DNA of 64,000 nucleotides from Candidatus Bathyarchaeota archaeon (GTDB lineage: Archaea; Thermoproteota; Bathyarchaeia; 40CM-2-53-6). Under the pieces are notes generated by a model. That model did no database searches. It had not been told where the DNA came from and saw only the letters and a list, made by a program, of their open reading frames with translations. Positions within the stretch are counted from its first letter, which is position 1. Each line of letters starts with the position of its first letter. Made by a program: the position numbers and the translations under genes. Location: NCBI GenBank assembly GCA_005888745.1, contig VBBS01000031.1, positions 55,614-119,613 on the forward strand, read 5' to 3'. This document shows, piece after piece, positions 9,276 to 19,279 of the stretch.

Positions 9276-10529
9276 CTAAGGGCTTAGCCGCGTCCTATCT
9301 CTTGGAAACATCGTGGTTTCCCTGATGTTATCTCTACCAGTCATCTTCATAGTCAATCTCTCCAGGCCAATCGACCAGCCCGCGTGAGGTGGGGCGCCGT
9401 ACCTGAAAGAGTCGACGTAGAACTTGAAGTTCTCAGGATTCAGTCCTTTCGACTTGAGCTGTTGAATCAGCAGAGCGGGCATGTGTATGCGTTGGGTCCC
9501 TGACGCTATCTCTAATCCTCGATAGATGAGGTCAAAGGCCCTAGATGTCTTGCCGTCTTGGTTTGGCATTGCGTAGAATGCTTTCTGTTCCGGTGGCCAA
9601 CCAATAATGAAGAATGCTTCCCCCTTCAGAAGCTGCCAGAGTTTCTTCTCTTGCGTCTTGGAAAAGTCGTTTCCAACCTGTATGTCTTCGCCGTTCTTGC
9701 GCAGAAGTTCGATCGAGTCTCTGTATTGTACTCGCATGAGTGGCAGGTGGAGTGGTTCGAGCTTCTGACCGATCTTCTCCAGTTCTTCGTTACATGACGC
9801 GCTAATCTGCTTGATGCACTCGGCGAGGAATTCCTCAAGGATCTTCATGACGTCTTCGTCTGTTGAGAATGCTTGTTCTATGTCCATCTGTCGGACCTCA
9901 TTGAGATGGGTGGGTTGTTCGAACTTTTCCGCTCTGAATACTGGTAGAACGGTGTAGACCTTCTCGAATGATATGGCGCACATTTGTTTGTAGAGTTGTG
10001 GTGACTGGGCTAGGTAGGCGTCTTTTTCGAAATATTTGAGGGAGAAGAGTTCGGCTCCGCCCTCGCTTGCTGAGGCGATGATTACTGGAGGCTGTATCTC
10101 CACATAATGTCGGCTTGCGAAGAATTCTCGGAAGGTTTGGAGAATTTTCGATTGGATTTTGAAGATGGCGTTGGATTCTTCGCTGCGGAAGTCTAGGAAT
10201 CTCCAGTTAAGCCTCGTCTCTAGCAGAGTGTTCTGGACGCCTCTTGGGTCGAGGGGTAGTGGTGTTTCAGCTCTGTTCACCACTTCGAGCTGTTCGGGGA
10301 TGACTTCGATTCCTTTCTTGGCGATCTTGCTGGAGACGACTTTGCCTTTGACGAGGATCACGTCTTCCTGATGGAGTGTGCCGATCTCCTTGACAATGTC
10401 AGGGCTGACCTTTGCTTTGGGAGCAGTCACCTGAACGATTCCAGTCATGTCGCGGAGAAGGATGAAGGATATTCCCCCTAGGACTCTGACATCGTGAACC
10501 CAGCCGGCTAGAACGACATCCCTGTCCAT
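9276..10529 (-). CDS. aspS: Aspartyl-tRNA synthetase, archaeal/eukaryotic type
   Basis: N-terminal OB anticodon-binding domain, class II motifs (FRAE, GLERL), about 417 aa without the bacterial GAD insertion. Confidence 0.9.
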   Translation of the reverse strand: MDRDVVLAGWVHDVRVLGGISFILLRDMTGIVQVTAPKAKVSPDIVKEIGTLHQEDVILVKGKVVSSKIAKKGIEVIPEQLEVVNRAETPLPLDPRGVQNTLLETRLNWRFLDFRSEESNAIFKIQSKILQTFREFFASRHYVEIQPPVIIASASEGGAELFSLKYFEKDAYLAQSPQLYKQMCAISFEKVYTVLPVFRAEKFEQPTHLNEVRQMDIEQAFSTDEDVMKILEEFLAECIKQISASCNEELEKIGQKLEPLHLPLMRVQYRDSIELLRKNGEDIQVGNDFSKTQEKKLWQLLKGEAFFIIGWPPEQKAFYAMPNQDGKTSRAFDLIYRGLEIASGTQRIHMPALLIQQLKSKGLNPENFKFYVDSFRYGAPPHAGWSIGLERLTMKMTGRDNIRETTMFPRDRTRLSP

Positions 10530-10665
10530 GTGTTCTTTGAGCTGGGAGGTAAGGGCTGTCCGCTTGAGATGGGAGACATGGCTGGTTGGGCTGTTGGACA
10601 GGGTTGTTCAGCTTGAAAACGAACGGGGTGCTTGTTCATTTAGGGCTTCTTTCTCTACGGTTCTG

Positions 10666-11276
10666 TCAACTCTTCCTCTGGTGAGTTAGCTTTGGGGCAT
10701 CGACTCCGGGGATTAACATAGGTGTCGGATTCCCCCTCATAGCTTCAACTGCCCTGCCTTGTGACTCGACGATGGGAGGCCGGGAACGTGTGAACCTCAC
10801 CGGTCCCCGCTGGGCCAGGTTGATGGCCGCTACCTTGTCCCGGTCCGTTACTCTCCGACAGTTACTGCACCAGAGCTTGCGTTCTAGTCGTTTGTCCGAT
10901 GGAGTCTCTCCCCGCATCTCGGACAAGTACTACTGGAACCTCTGGTCTCACGCATTGACAAATGGATAACCGGTAGTCCAACCCATCGGGCTTCCTACTC
11001 TATCTATCGTTGAGCCTGAAAGCCTTCTCAGCGAAGACCATTGTTGGCTAGACAAATCCGTAATGACTCGTTAATCATCCTCCTGAACACTTCGAGTAAT
11101 CCTAGCACGTCTCGCGTTGGGGCATGATGTTGCCAGAAAGACTTGACAGCTAAGAACGAAGAACAAGAGCCAAAACTCTCCGTATACGTTAGAGAGGTAT
11201 CCGACGATAAGTTGACAGGACCTTTTCTACCAATTCCTAACATCGAAATCGAAGGCGTTTCGGATAATGCTCCCAA
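10666..11276 (-). pseudogene. tnpB: Internally deleted TnpB (IS200/IS605 OrfB) remnant. An N-terminal fragment and a C-terminal zinc-finger/RuvC-III fragment sit only ~600 nt apart.
   Basis: ORF 11028..11276 encodes a TnpB N-terminus (...FLAVKSFW...LLEVFRRMINESL). ORF 10666..10926 encodes CSNCRRV...DRDKVAAINLAQRG plus a tail that is nearly identical to locus 34471..34674. The total span is too short for an intact TnpB. Confidence 0.55.
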
Positions 11277-12526
11277 TCGTCATGGTCGTGCTGGATGGCG
11301 CGAGCGGTAGGGTTGGCGCAATTAAGTCGCCTCTGGAGGAGGCTTCCACACCGAACCTGGACGCTTTGGCAGCGAGAGGTAGCATGGGAAGGATGTATAC
11401 CGTTGGGGAAGGCATTGCTCCCGAGAGTGACGCTGGTGTTTTCTCCCTACTAGGATATGATCCGCTTGAGACTCATCTGTCCCGAGGCGTGGTTGAGGCT
11501 CTTGGTGCTGGTGTCGAATTTCATAATGGTGATCTTGCACTCAGGGCCGGCTTTGCGACCGTCAAAGCCGACAGGCTTGTGGACCGGAGGGCTGGCAGAA
11601 ACCTCTCGACTCCCGAGGCTCAAGAGCTCGGAACCGCTCTGAACAAAGAACTTCATCTCAAGTCGAGTGTCAGGTTTGTCTTCAAGCCGACTGTGGGGCA
11701 TAGAGCGGTGGTTGTTTTCCGTGCAGATGGGCGTCGGTTTTCATCGAACATATCCAACTTTGATCCCGCCTATGTTAGGAAGGGCAACATCAGTCTGGCT
11801 CAGCCCGGCGTGAACGAGTATGACATTCCCAAGTGCGAGCCGCTAGATGGATCTGACGAAGCCGTTGTTTCCGCGGCCTTGGTGAACGAGTTCGGATTCA
11901 AAGCTAGAAAGATTCTGGACAGTCATCCTATGAACGAGGCGAGGAGGAGAAGGGGTATGGTTCCGGCGAATTTTGTTTTGATGAGGGATGCTGGAACTTC
12001 CAAGCCGCATGTCGACGAGTTCCATGGGAAGTGGGGTCTCGACCCTTTGATGGTCGCGGATCTTCCTGCTGAGCTAGGTATTGGACGATTGCTTGGGATG
12101 GACGTTAGGGAATTGGAGCCTGGGACACGACCCAATGATTATCGTAAGCGCGCTGAGCTTGTCTTAGATTCTGTGGGAAAGTTTGGGTTCGTGTATGTTC
12201 ATTTGAAGGGCCCTGACGAGCCGGGGCATGATGGATTGTCCGATCTGAAGAAGGAGAGGATTGAGGAGATTGACAAGGGTTTCTTCGCCGTGTTGGCAAA
12301 ATCGCCTCGGTTGAAGGATCTCGTTGTGGCAGTTACGTGTGATCACTCTACGCCTGTGGAGGATAAGGGGCATAGCGATGATCCGGTTCCAGTTCTTGTG
12401 TTCGGCGGGAAGTCAAAGCCAGACGGGTCCGCTAGGTTCACAGAGAACGATGCGGTGAAGGGATCGCTGGGGACTTTGAGGCGAGGCATGGTGCTTATAG
12501 CGCATCTGAGGCAGGTTGCTTCGTAA
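11267..12526 (+). CDS. apgM: 2,3-bisphosphoglycerate-independent phosphoglycerate mutase, archaeal type
   Basis: 419 aa; VLDGASG...STPNLD and a C-terminal metal-binding ...VTCDHSTPV...GHSDDPVP are typical of ApgM. Confidence 0.9.
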   Translation: MLPIVMVVLDGASGRVGAIKSPLEEASTPNLDALAARGSMGRMYTVGEGIAPESDAGVFSLLGYDPLETHLSRGVVEALGAGVEFHNGDLALRAGFATVKADRLVDRRAGRNLSTPEAQELGTALNKELHLKSSVRFVFKPTVGHRAVVVFRADGRRFSSNISNFDPAYVRKGNISLAQPGVNEYDIPKCEPLDGSDEAVVSAALVNEFGFKARKILDSHPMNEARRRRGMVPANFVLMRDAGTSKPHVDEFHGKWGLDPLMVADLPAELGIGRLLGMDVRELEPGTRPNDYRKRAELVLDSVGKFGFVYVHLKGPDEPGHDGLSDLKKERIEEIDKGFFAVLAKSPRLKDLVVAVTCDHSTPVEDKGHSDDPVPVLVFGGKSKPDGSARFTENDAVKGSLGTLRRGMVLIAHLRQVAS

Positions 12527-12533
12527 CATGCAC

Positions 12534-13430
12534 CTATCCGATTACTATCCCGAATAGTTGTCTGATTAGGGTTCCTGCTATGTAGAGGGCAAATGAGGCG
12601 GCCATTATGATCCCTGCGATCTCTGCAAATTGTCTCTTGAATTTTCTCGCTGATATGACAGTATCGTAGTAGGTCATCGCGGCGACTAGGGCAACTCCAA
12701 CGACTAAGGAGACCCCTAGGGCGGTGACCATTGAACCGGTGAGGAAGTATGGTAGTGCGAGGAATATCGCGGTAAACATGTATGATACGCCCGTGTAGAT
12801 CGCGCTCCATTTCGCTGATCCTTCGAAGCCCTGTTTGGCTTGGGCGTAGGCGGCGGATGCCATGGCGATGGACGCGGCCATTCCCGCGACTACGCCCGCT
12901 AGGCCCGCGAGCTCTGTCTTCGCGTATATTCCGAGGGAGCCGGCGTGGATTCCTGATATCTCGACGACCGCGTCTGCGAGACCGAGGACGATGAAGCTCA
13001 TGTACTTGACTCGTCCTTCGTGAATCTCGCCCATCAAGTAGCTCTCTTGATGCTCCTCTTCTTCCATCATGGCTTCGAACCTTGCCTTGTTCGCCGGTGG
13101 GATGTTCTTCACCATCTGCCGGTAGCGTTCGTGAAGCACGTCCTCGTGTCTTTCCAGGAATTTCATGGTAAAGGTTAGGCCGAGGGTGAGGCGGAGGAGG
13201 AGGGTAAAGTAGACCTTGAGCCTGTTCACCTTAACAGGGGTAGCGGACGTGTATGCTTTCCAGAACTCGTAGTGCGATTGCTCACCCCGTGCCAGATCTT
13301 CTAGTGCCTTCTTGAACGACTGGTTCTTTTCGTGACGGCTAAGCATCTGGTAGACAGCGCCATCTGTGTACTCGTCCTTTGCAGACTTGGCAGCGAGCCT
13401 GACTAGGTCAGGGCTAAGAATCTCTTGCAA
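12534..13430 (-). CDS. Ferritin-like (rubrerythrin/ER-type) domain fused to a VIT1/CCC1 iron-transporter membrane domain
   Basis: N-terminal EQSHYEFW...EEEEHQ ferritin-like diiron motifs. The C-terminal ~180 aa has five TM helices of the VIT1 type. Confidence 0.7.
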   Translation of the reverse strand: MQEILSPDLVRLAAKSAKDEYTDGAVYQMLSRHEKNQSFKKALEDLARGEQSHYEFWKAYTSATPVKVNRLKVYFTLLLRLTLGLTFTMKFLERHEDVLHERYRQMVKNIPPANKARFEAMMEEEEHQESYLMGEIHEGRVKYMSFIVLGLADAVVEISGIHAGSLGIYAKTELAGLAGVVAGMAASIAMASAAYAQAKQGFEGSAKWSAIYTGVSYMFTAIFLALPYFLTGSMVTALGVSLVVGVALVAAMTYYDTVISARKFKRQFAEIAGIIMAASFALYIAGTLIRQLFGIVIG

Positions 13431-13739
13431 GGGTAAGCTCCTCCTGTGGAAGGTTGGGTCTGGTATTTAGTTAGCCCCTTCGTAAGGGAGACCAAGGGCG
13501 ATAGCGAGCATTTTTTCTCTAGTCAGCGTGGGAACGTCTTAGTTAGTTAATCAAGCGACCGAAATGTCGGGATTGACGGAGACACGGCTTTACAGGCTTA
13601 GATTAACCGCGAGAGATGCTCAAGAAAATATCAGTTGGCTGGTGTCTTACTTTCGCGGGCCTCAGGCTAAAATTGTAATCTTGATGATGGTTACAGGGGA
13701 TCTGCACAGAACCGATGAGAAGCCGCGACGCTTGGCGAG

Positions 13740-14759
13740 TTGGAGGCCCATCGACTGATTAAGACTTTCAAACTGAAACACAGCTTGGACTTGGAGTTAG
13801 ACTTGCGGAAGGCACGTCAAGTTGCGGAGTTTGCCCTCAAGACTCGAACTCTCTCCACGGCCGATGTGAAACAGTTCGGTCTTCGGAGTCGGATTGCTCA
13901 GGGTATTCTCCGAAAGTATTCTCGCAATAAGAAGCTCAAAGAAGTCGGCTCTGTCAAACTAACCATCAATAACCCAACCGGTTTCTCTGTAGACAACGAA
14001 TGGAATGTGTCGATTCCTGATGTCAAGCTCGTTTTTCTATTCCTAAGCCCTATCGTGAGAGATTTCAAAAGATTAACCAGATAGAGTTCGACAGCAAGTA
14101 CGCTTTCTTCTCTTGCACCTTTGAAGATAAGCCAGAATACAAGCCTTCGAGTTGGATTGGTGTAGATCGTAACACTACCGGACACGTTGCTGTTGCCGGT
14201 AGTTCCCTCTAACAGCAAAGCTTGGGTCTTTGGGGCTAAGATTCCACACATTCATCAAAAGTATCTTGGGCTTCGTCGCAATCTTCAGAAGAAGGGACTC
14301 TATCGTGTCGTCAAAAAGATTCGAAACAGAGAGAGTCGGATTGTCCGAGACTTAACACACAAAGTTAGCCGTTCAATTGTAAACCTTGCCAAGTCTCAGA
14401 ACGCTGGCATCAAGATAGAGTGGCTACGTGGTATCCGTAACAGTTCTCGTTGGAGGAGCGGTCGTCTTCATTCTTGGAACCCCTTTCAACTTGAACAACA
14501 AATCCTCTACAAGTCAAGACTCGAAGGTGTTCCAGTAACCCACGTTGATGCGAGAGGCACGTCTAAAGACTGTTCTCGTTGTGGACGCGTAGGTCTTAGA
14601 CAGGGAAATCTCTTCAAGTGTTCAAACTGTGGAAGAGTTGGGAATGCGCACGTCAATGCGGCTTTCAACATAGCTCAACGTCCCTCCATTCTCACTTCGG
14701 CTCTCAAAATGCAGAGTCGAAGGGCTGGTACTGATTCAGCCCAAAGAGCAACTCGATGA
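13740..14759 (+). pseudogene. tnpB: TnpB (IS200/IS605 OrfB) gene disrupted by two nearby frameshifts
   Basis: The N-terminal part lies in frame 0 (13740..14084). The RuvC-I motif SWIGVDRNTTGHVAVA lies in frame +1 (14059..14214). The C-terminal RuvC-II/III and zinc finger CSRCGRV...CSNCGRVGNAHVNAAFNIA are back in frame 0 (14187..14759). Confidence 0.65.
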
Positions 14760-14871
14760 AGTCTATGCAAGAGAGACGGAGAGACTCTGAAGAGCTCGCA
14801 TGCTTCAGCAGGCGGTCAACTCAGATAAGTTATAACATGGGGGTCGACGGTGCGGTATCCTGTGCCGTGGG

Positions 14872-15783
14872 TTGATTGACTATGCACAGCTTCTTTTGCT
14901 GGGTGCTATAGCTGGCTTCACGATTTTCCTTGGCCTCCCTTTGGCAATTCTTCAAAACGTGAGTTCGCGTAAGAAGGGCTTCCTCAATGCCCTTTCAATT
15001 GGCATCCTTCTGTTCCTTGTGATCGATGTGTTCAGCCATGCATGGAAGACCGCGACGTGCGTTGCCTCAAGCGCCCTTTCGAGAAATGCTGCGACGTGTG
15101 TCCTGTCAGGGGCGAGCGCTGTGAATTGGTCCGTTGCCGACGCCATTATAGATCTTTTCGCCGTTTTCGGAGGACTCGCCCTAGGACTGTTGGGATTGGT
15201 AGCGTACGAGTCGAAGTATATGGCAAAGGCGCCTCCGATCGTAAAGGCTCGTTTGCAGAATGGACCAGAAACATCTCAGCTGAGCGCCGCTGAGCAAGCT
15301 CAGCAGATCCAGATGTTCCAAGAGCATCGCCCTTACAGGCTTGCAATGATGATCGCGATCGGCATAGGAGCCCACAATTTCAGTGAAGGGCTGGCTGTCG
15401 GTCAATCCTACGCCGCAGGATCCGTTGGGCTGGCGTTACTCCTCATAGTTGGTTTTGGGGCTCACAACACCACAGAGGGTTTCGGGATAGCTGGTCCACT
15501 AGCCGGACTTATTAGGCGACCTACGGCGCGATTTCTGGCGGTAGCCGGGCTGGTTGGCGGGGGCCCTACATTCGTCGGTACGGTGGTTGGGAGTCTCTGG
15601 ACATCCGTTTTCACGTACGTACTCTTCCTAAGCCTCGCCGGGGGAGCTATTCTCTACGTTGCGATGCTAATGTACAACTCAGGAAGAAAACAGACAACGA
15701 ACCAGATTCTCATGATAGGAATTTTCGTCGGGTTGTGCGCTGGTTTTCTTACTGACTTGTTAGTAACCCTGGGAGGAGCCTAG
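14872..15783 (+). CDS. ZIP family metal (Zn/Fe) transporter
   Basis: 8-TM protein with HNFSEGLAVG and GAHNTTEGFGIA motifs; TTG start. Confidence 0.8.
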   Translation: MIDYAQLLLLGAIAGFTIFLGLPLAILQNVSSRKKGFLNALSIGILLFLVIDVFSHAWKTATCVASSALSRNAATCVLSGASAVNWSVADAIIDLFAVFGGLALGLLGLVAYESKYMAKAPPIVKARLQNGPETSQLSAAEQAQQIQMFQEHRPYRLAMMIAIGIGAHNFSEGLAVGQSYAAGSVGLALLLIVGFGAHNTTEGFGIAGPLAGLIRRPTARFLAVAGLVGGGPTFVGTVVGSLWTSVFTYVLFLSLAGGAILYVAMLMYNSGRKQTTNQILMIGIFVGLCAGFLTDLLVTLGGA

Positions 15784-15857
15784 GGAATTATTGTTCATTA
15801 CCGTTCCAAAATGACTAGACGGGTAAAGTCGTACATGAGCCGCGTAAGTTCATGTGC

Positions 15858-16529
15858 TTAGTCTTCACTAATTGGCACCCCAATTACCCGTGAAGGGGCG
15901 CCATCTCCATTTTGGAGCTTGATGGGCATGCAAATCATTAGAATTCTTTTTCCCACAAACTGTCTGGTCGCGCGGCTGAGGGATTCCAGTATGAAGATCC
16001 CGTTGCCAAGAAGGGTCTTGTGGGTCACAGGGTCTGGTGCTCGGAATCTCTCTACGCTGAGAAAATCGATACCTATCGCACGGATCTTCTTCGAGACTAG
16101 GTATTCTGCAGCGTCCCCGGTAAGATAGGTATAGTTCGATCGTACTGATTCCTCTCCCCAGTGTTCGCTGCAGCCAGTGTATATGATCACGATGTCATCC
16201 TCTAGTATTCTTCCATCGAGATTCTGGCAAAGGTCTTGGCCCGTAATTCCACTGCCAATTGGCTTGCTGGACATATCGGTCACGTATGCTTCTCCGAAAA
16301 GTTTGGTCGTAGGAATCTGGTCTATACTGATTCCATTCGGAATGAAATGTCGGGGAGCGTCGATATGGGTACCGGTGTGTGAGCCGAGGGTTAGTTTGGT
16401 CATGTTCACCCCATCCTTTTCTAGTGTAGCGTAGCTGACGAAGCTTGGGAATGGATCTCCGGGATAGATCGGCATACCGTTGTGAAGCTCATGGGTCAGG
16501 TCAACTGCCTTTTCGAACATGTACTGCAT
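15858..16529 (-). CDS. Cyclase family protein (kynurenine formamidase-like, PF04199)
   Basis: HTGTHIDAPRHF metal-binding motif and a length of 223 aa. Confidence 0.8.
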   Translation of the reverse strand: MQYMFEKAVDLTHELHNGMPIYPGDPFPSFVSYATLEKDGVNMTKLTLGSHTGTHIDAPRHFIPNGISIDQIPTTKLFGEAYVTDMSSKPIGSGITGQDLCQNLDGRILEDDIVIIYTGCSEHWGEESVRSNYTYLTGDAAEYLVSKKIRAIGIDFLSVERFRAPDPVTHKTLLGNGIFILESLSRATRQFVGKRILMICMPIKLQNGDGAPSRVIGVPISED

Positions 16530-16674
16530 GCGAAGCGCCTACCGTGGTACCCCTAATATGTGGAGGGTGTCTGCCCTGAATCCTCGTCTTGGTCTTATCA
16601 CCACACCTATCGGGCGAAGAGCGGGGCGTAGAATATGCTGGGAGACTAGAAAAAAGGGAGAAGGTTGAGGGTGC

Positions 16675-16872
16675 TTAGACTTTGTTGAGTAGGGCCTTTA
16701 CGACGTCTTCTGGGCCCTTGTAGTTGCTCTCGGGGAGAGACTTGGCGACAAAGTCTTTGTCGATTGACGGGACGTCTGACATATTGTTGCAGGCTGCCAT
16801 GACTTGTGTCTTGTTCGCCGGGTATTTGATGTGGTGCTTGATGTGTTCCAATTCTGTTTTCAGATTACTCAT
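16675..16872 (-). CDS. DUF2795-like small protein
   Basis: 65 aa; ...IKYPANKTQVMAAC...DVPSIDKDFVAKSLPESNYKGPEDVVKAL matches the DUF2795 pattern YPAxK..L...A...lP...Y..P.DV. Confidence 0.45.
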   Translation of the reverse strand: MSNLKTELEHIKHHIKYPANKTQVMAACNNMSDVPSIDKDFVAKSLPESNYKGPEDVVKALLNKV

Positions 16873-17031
16873 GAGGCCCGCGGTGCCACATGAGGAATAA
16901 GAACCTTCTTCGCTAGACGTTTCTTTACCGAACTCTTTGGGTTCATGTGATTAGCGGATCAGTGAGATGCGTGTAGACTCTAGAGTGCTACTTGATAGCG
17001 GTAGGCAGATCAACGCTTCGACCTGACAAGC

Positions 17032-17510
17032 ATGAGCGTCCAAGCCAAGAATTTCGATTTAGTCAAGCTAGTTGAGCTGAAGCCGAAGCCTTGGAACAAG
17101 GGAGCAATCGAGATCCGGGGACCTTACTACTCCTCTGTCAGTTACGGGTACCTGAGAGATCTCCTTGATGATTGGGGCAGTTAGACGGCTACAAATTTGC
17201 AGGAGGCTCGATGAGACTATTGCCGCGAGAGACGACTAGGAAAATTATCAGACTATGCCATGAATACGGTGTGTATGTCTCCACGGGTGGCTTCGTCGAG
17301 CGGGTCATCGTAGAAGGGTCGGCTATCGTAGACAGGTACTTGGAAGATTGCAAGGCCTTGGAGTTCGACATGGTCGAAGTGTCCAGCGTCTTCGCGCCTT
17401 GGGGCTGGAGGATAAAGTAGCCGTTGTGCGCCAGGTTCAGAAACTGGGCATGAAAGCCAGAAAGCTCCTATTCCGCACCCGAGGCATCAATGATTCTTTC
17501 TTCGATTCAT
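17032..17510 (+). pseudogene. comA: Fragmented comA-like ((2R)-phospho-3-sulfolactate synthase) remnant spread over three frames
   Basis: Frame A (17032..17184) encodes KPKPWNKGAIEIRG...LRDLLDDWGS. Frame B (17172..17420) encodes LDGYKFAGGS...CHEYGVYVSTGG...DMVEVSS. Frame C (to about 17510) encodes EDKVAVVRQVQKLGMKA. The pieces are colinear with ComA but add up to only ~180 aa. Confidence 0.4.
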
Positions 17511-17711
17511 GAATCACATTCTCTGGAATGTCGCTATACTTTACAGCATATGCATATTTGCTCAGTTCTTCCGCAATAGTCATGTTGGTAACCTCGAAAA
17601 CACTTTTGCCGATTTTGTTGTCTGGAATTATAGGTTTCTGGGTGTCATTCCCTTTACGTCTCGTGCAAATCTTAGGTTCGCCTATCTTTATTAGTATCTA
17701 CTAAATCCCTG

Positions 17712-19118
17712 TTGCGAGTATTCTACTCAATCGGTAGTCTTACAATGCGGTTCCCATGGAAGAGTAGTGCAAAGGCGCAGCAGCAGGGTGTCGTGGAGGC
17801 CTCCGTTCAGCAGACGGGGAAGGGAGTTTCTTTGCGTAACTTCGTGCTCTGGCTTGGGCCAGCACTCATGGTATCAATAGCGTACATGGACCCGGGCAAC
17901 TATGGAACAGACATCGCAGCAGGTGCCGGTTTCAAGTACGACCTTCTTTGGGCCGCTTGGTTTGCTGGAGGCATGGCTATGCTCCTTCAGTACCTCTCGG
18001 GTAAGCTTGGAATTGCATCCGGGTATTCGCTTCCTGAACTGGTCAGAATGTCGCTTGTAAAGCGAAGATTTGTTGTTCCTTACTGGCTTGCGGCCGAGGC
18101 CGCAGTCGCAGCCACAGACTTGGCAGAATACTTGGGGACGGTATTGGGTCTCAATCTGCTCTTTGGGGTCCCTCTTCTCTATGCTTCAGTATTCGGTGCG
18201 CTAGATGTCATTCTCTTGCTCGCCATGATGGGGAAAAGGTTCCGGCTTATTGAGCAATACTTTGCGATACTGATCAGTGTTCTCGTCTTCGGGATTCTTT
18301 ACAACCTTGTCGTGGTCAAACCCGACTTGGCAGAGGTCGCTTATCACTCCGTAATGCCCATCGCGTCAAGCAACGCTGCTATCCTAATTGTAGTGGGAAT
18401 AATCGGCGCAACCGTGATGCCGCACGCGCTGTTTGTACACTCGTGGCTGTCAAAAAACAAGATGGATCTAATCGGACGAAAGGTCAACGGGGGAAACCTG
18501 AGTAATTCAGTTACCGAATCGATGAAACGGACGGCCAATCATCACGCATTTTCGACTGGAGAGATAGAAAGAACGAGGAAATTCCATCTCAAGGAAACTG
18601 TACTGGCTCTGACTATTGCGTCTGTGGTTAACGCGGGAATACTCCTAGTCGCAATCCCGCTCTATCCAAAGCCAAACGTTACGGTCAGCGACTTTGTCCA
18701 CGGGATCGGCCTTTTATTCGGATCGGCGATCGCCGTCATCTTCATTCTGACTTTGCTTGCATCGGGGCTATCATCGTCAGCACTTGGAACCATCGCAGGA
18801 CAGGTCATAATGGAGGGTTTGATCGGGAAACACTGGAATGTATGGGCAAGACGAATAGTAACGAGATTCATCAACGTGTTTCCAACCACGTTCGCAATAC
18901 TGCTTGGACTCGACCCGCTCAGCCTGCTCGTTTACAGTCAGGTAATTTTGAGCCTGATGATTCCTCTTCCTATGATACCCATCGTCTACTACACATCGAA
19001 GAAGAAGTTCATGGCAGGTTTTGTCAACAGGAGGAGTACGATCGTCCTGGCAATAATTACCGTCGCCTTGATCCTGGCTTTCAACAGCTTCCTGCTCTAC
19101 ACCATATTCATCCCTTAG
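17712..19118 (+). CDS. mntH: Nramp family divalent metal (Mn2+/Fe2+) transporter
   Basis: 468 aa with 11-12 TM helices and the DPGN signature in TM1 (IAYMDPGNYGTDI). Confidence 0.85.
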   Translation: MRVFYSIGSLTMRFPWKSSAKAQQQGVVEASVQQTGKGVSLRNFVLWLGPALMVSIAYMDPGNYGTDIAAGAGFKYDLLWAAWFAGGMAMLLQYLSGKLGIASGYSLPELVRMSLVKRRFVVPYWLAAEAAVAATDLAEYLGTVLGLNLLFGVPLLYASVFGALDVILLLAMMGKRFRLIEQYFAILISVLVFGILYNLVVVKPDLAEVAYHSVMPIASSNAAILIVVGIIGATVMPHALFVHSWLSKNKMDLIGRKVNGGNLSNSVTESMKRTANHHAFSTGEIERTRKFHLKETVLALTIASVVNAGILLVAIPLYPKPNVTVSDFVHGIGLLFGSAIAVIFILTLLASGLSSSALGTIAGQVIMEGLIGKHWNVWARRIVTRFINVFPTTFAILLGLDPLSLLVYSQVILSLMIPLPMIPIVYYTSKKKFMAGFVNRRSTIVLAIITVALILAFNSFLLYTIFIP

Positions 19119-19279
19119 TCGATATCCTATTATCTGGGGCTCTTGGCGAGCGGTCTGTTGGATAGTGTCCTACGTCTTCTAGCGGTGGGCGTCAGTCTCG
19201 AAGATGCAGGCGGGGAGTTGAATGCGGACACTGCATCTAAATAGCATGGGGCGAGAATTGTCCGCTTGGGAAGAAAGCG

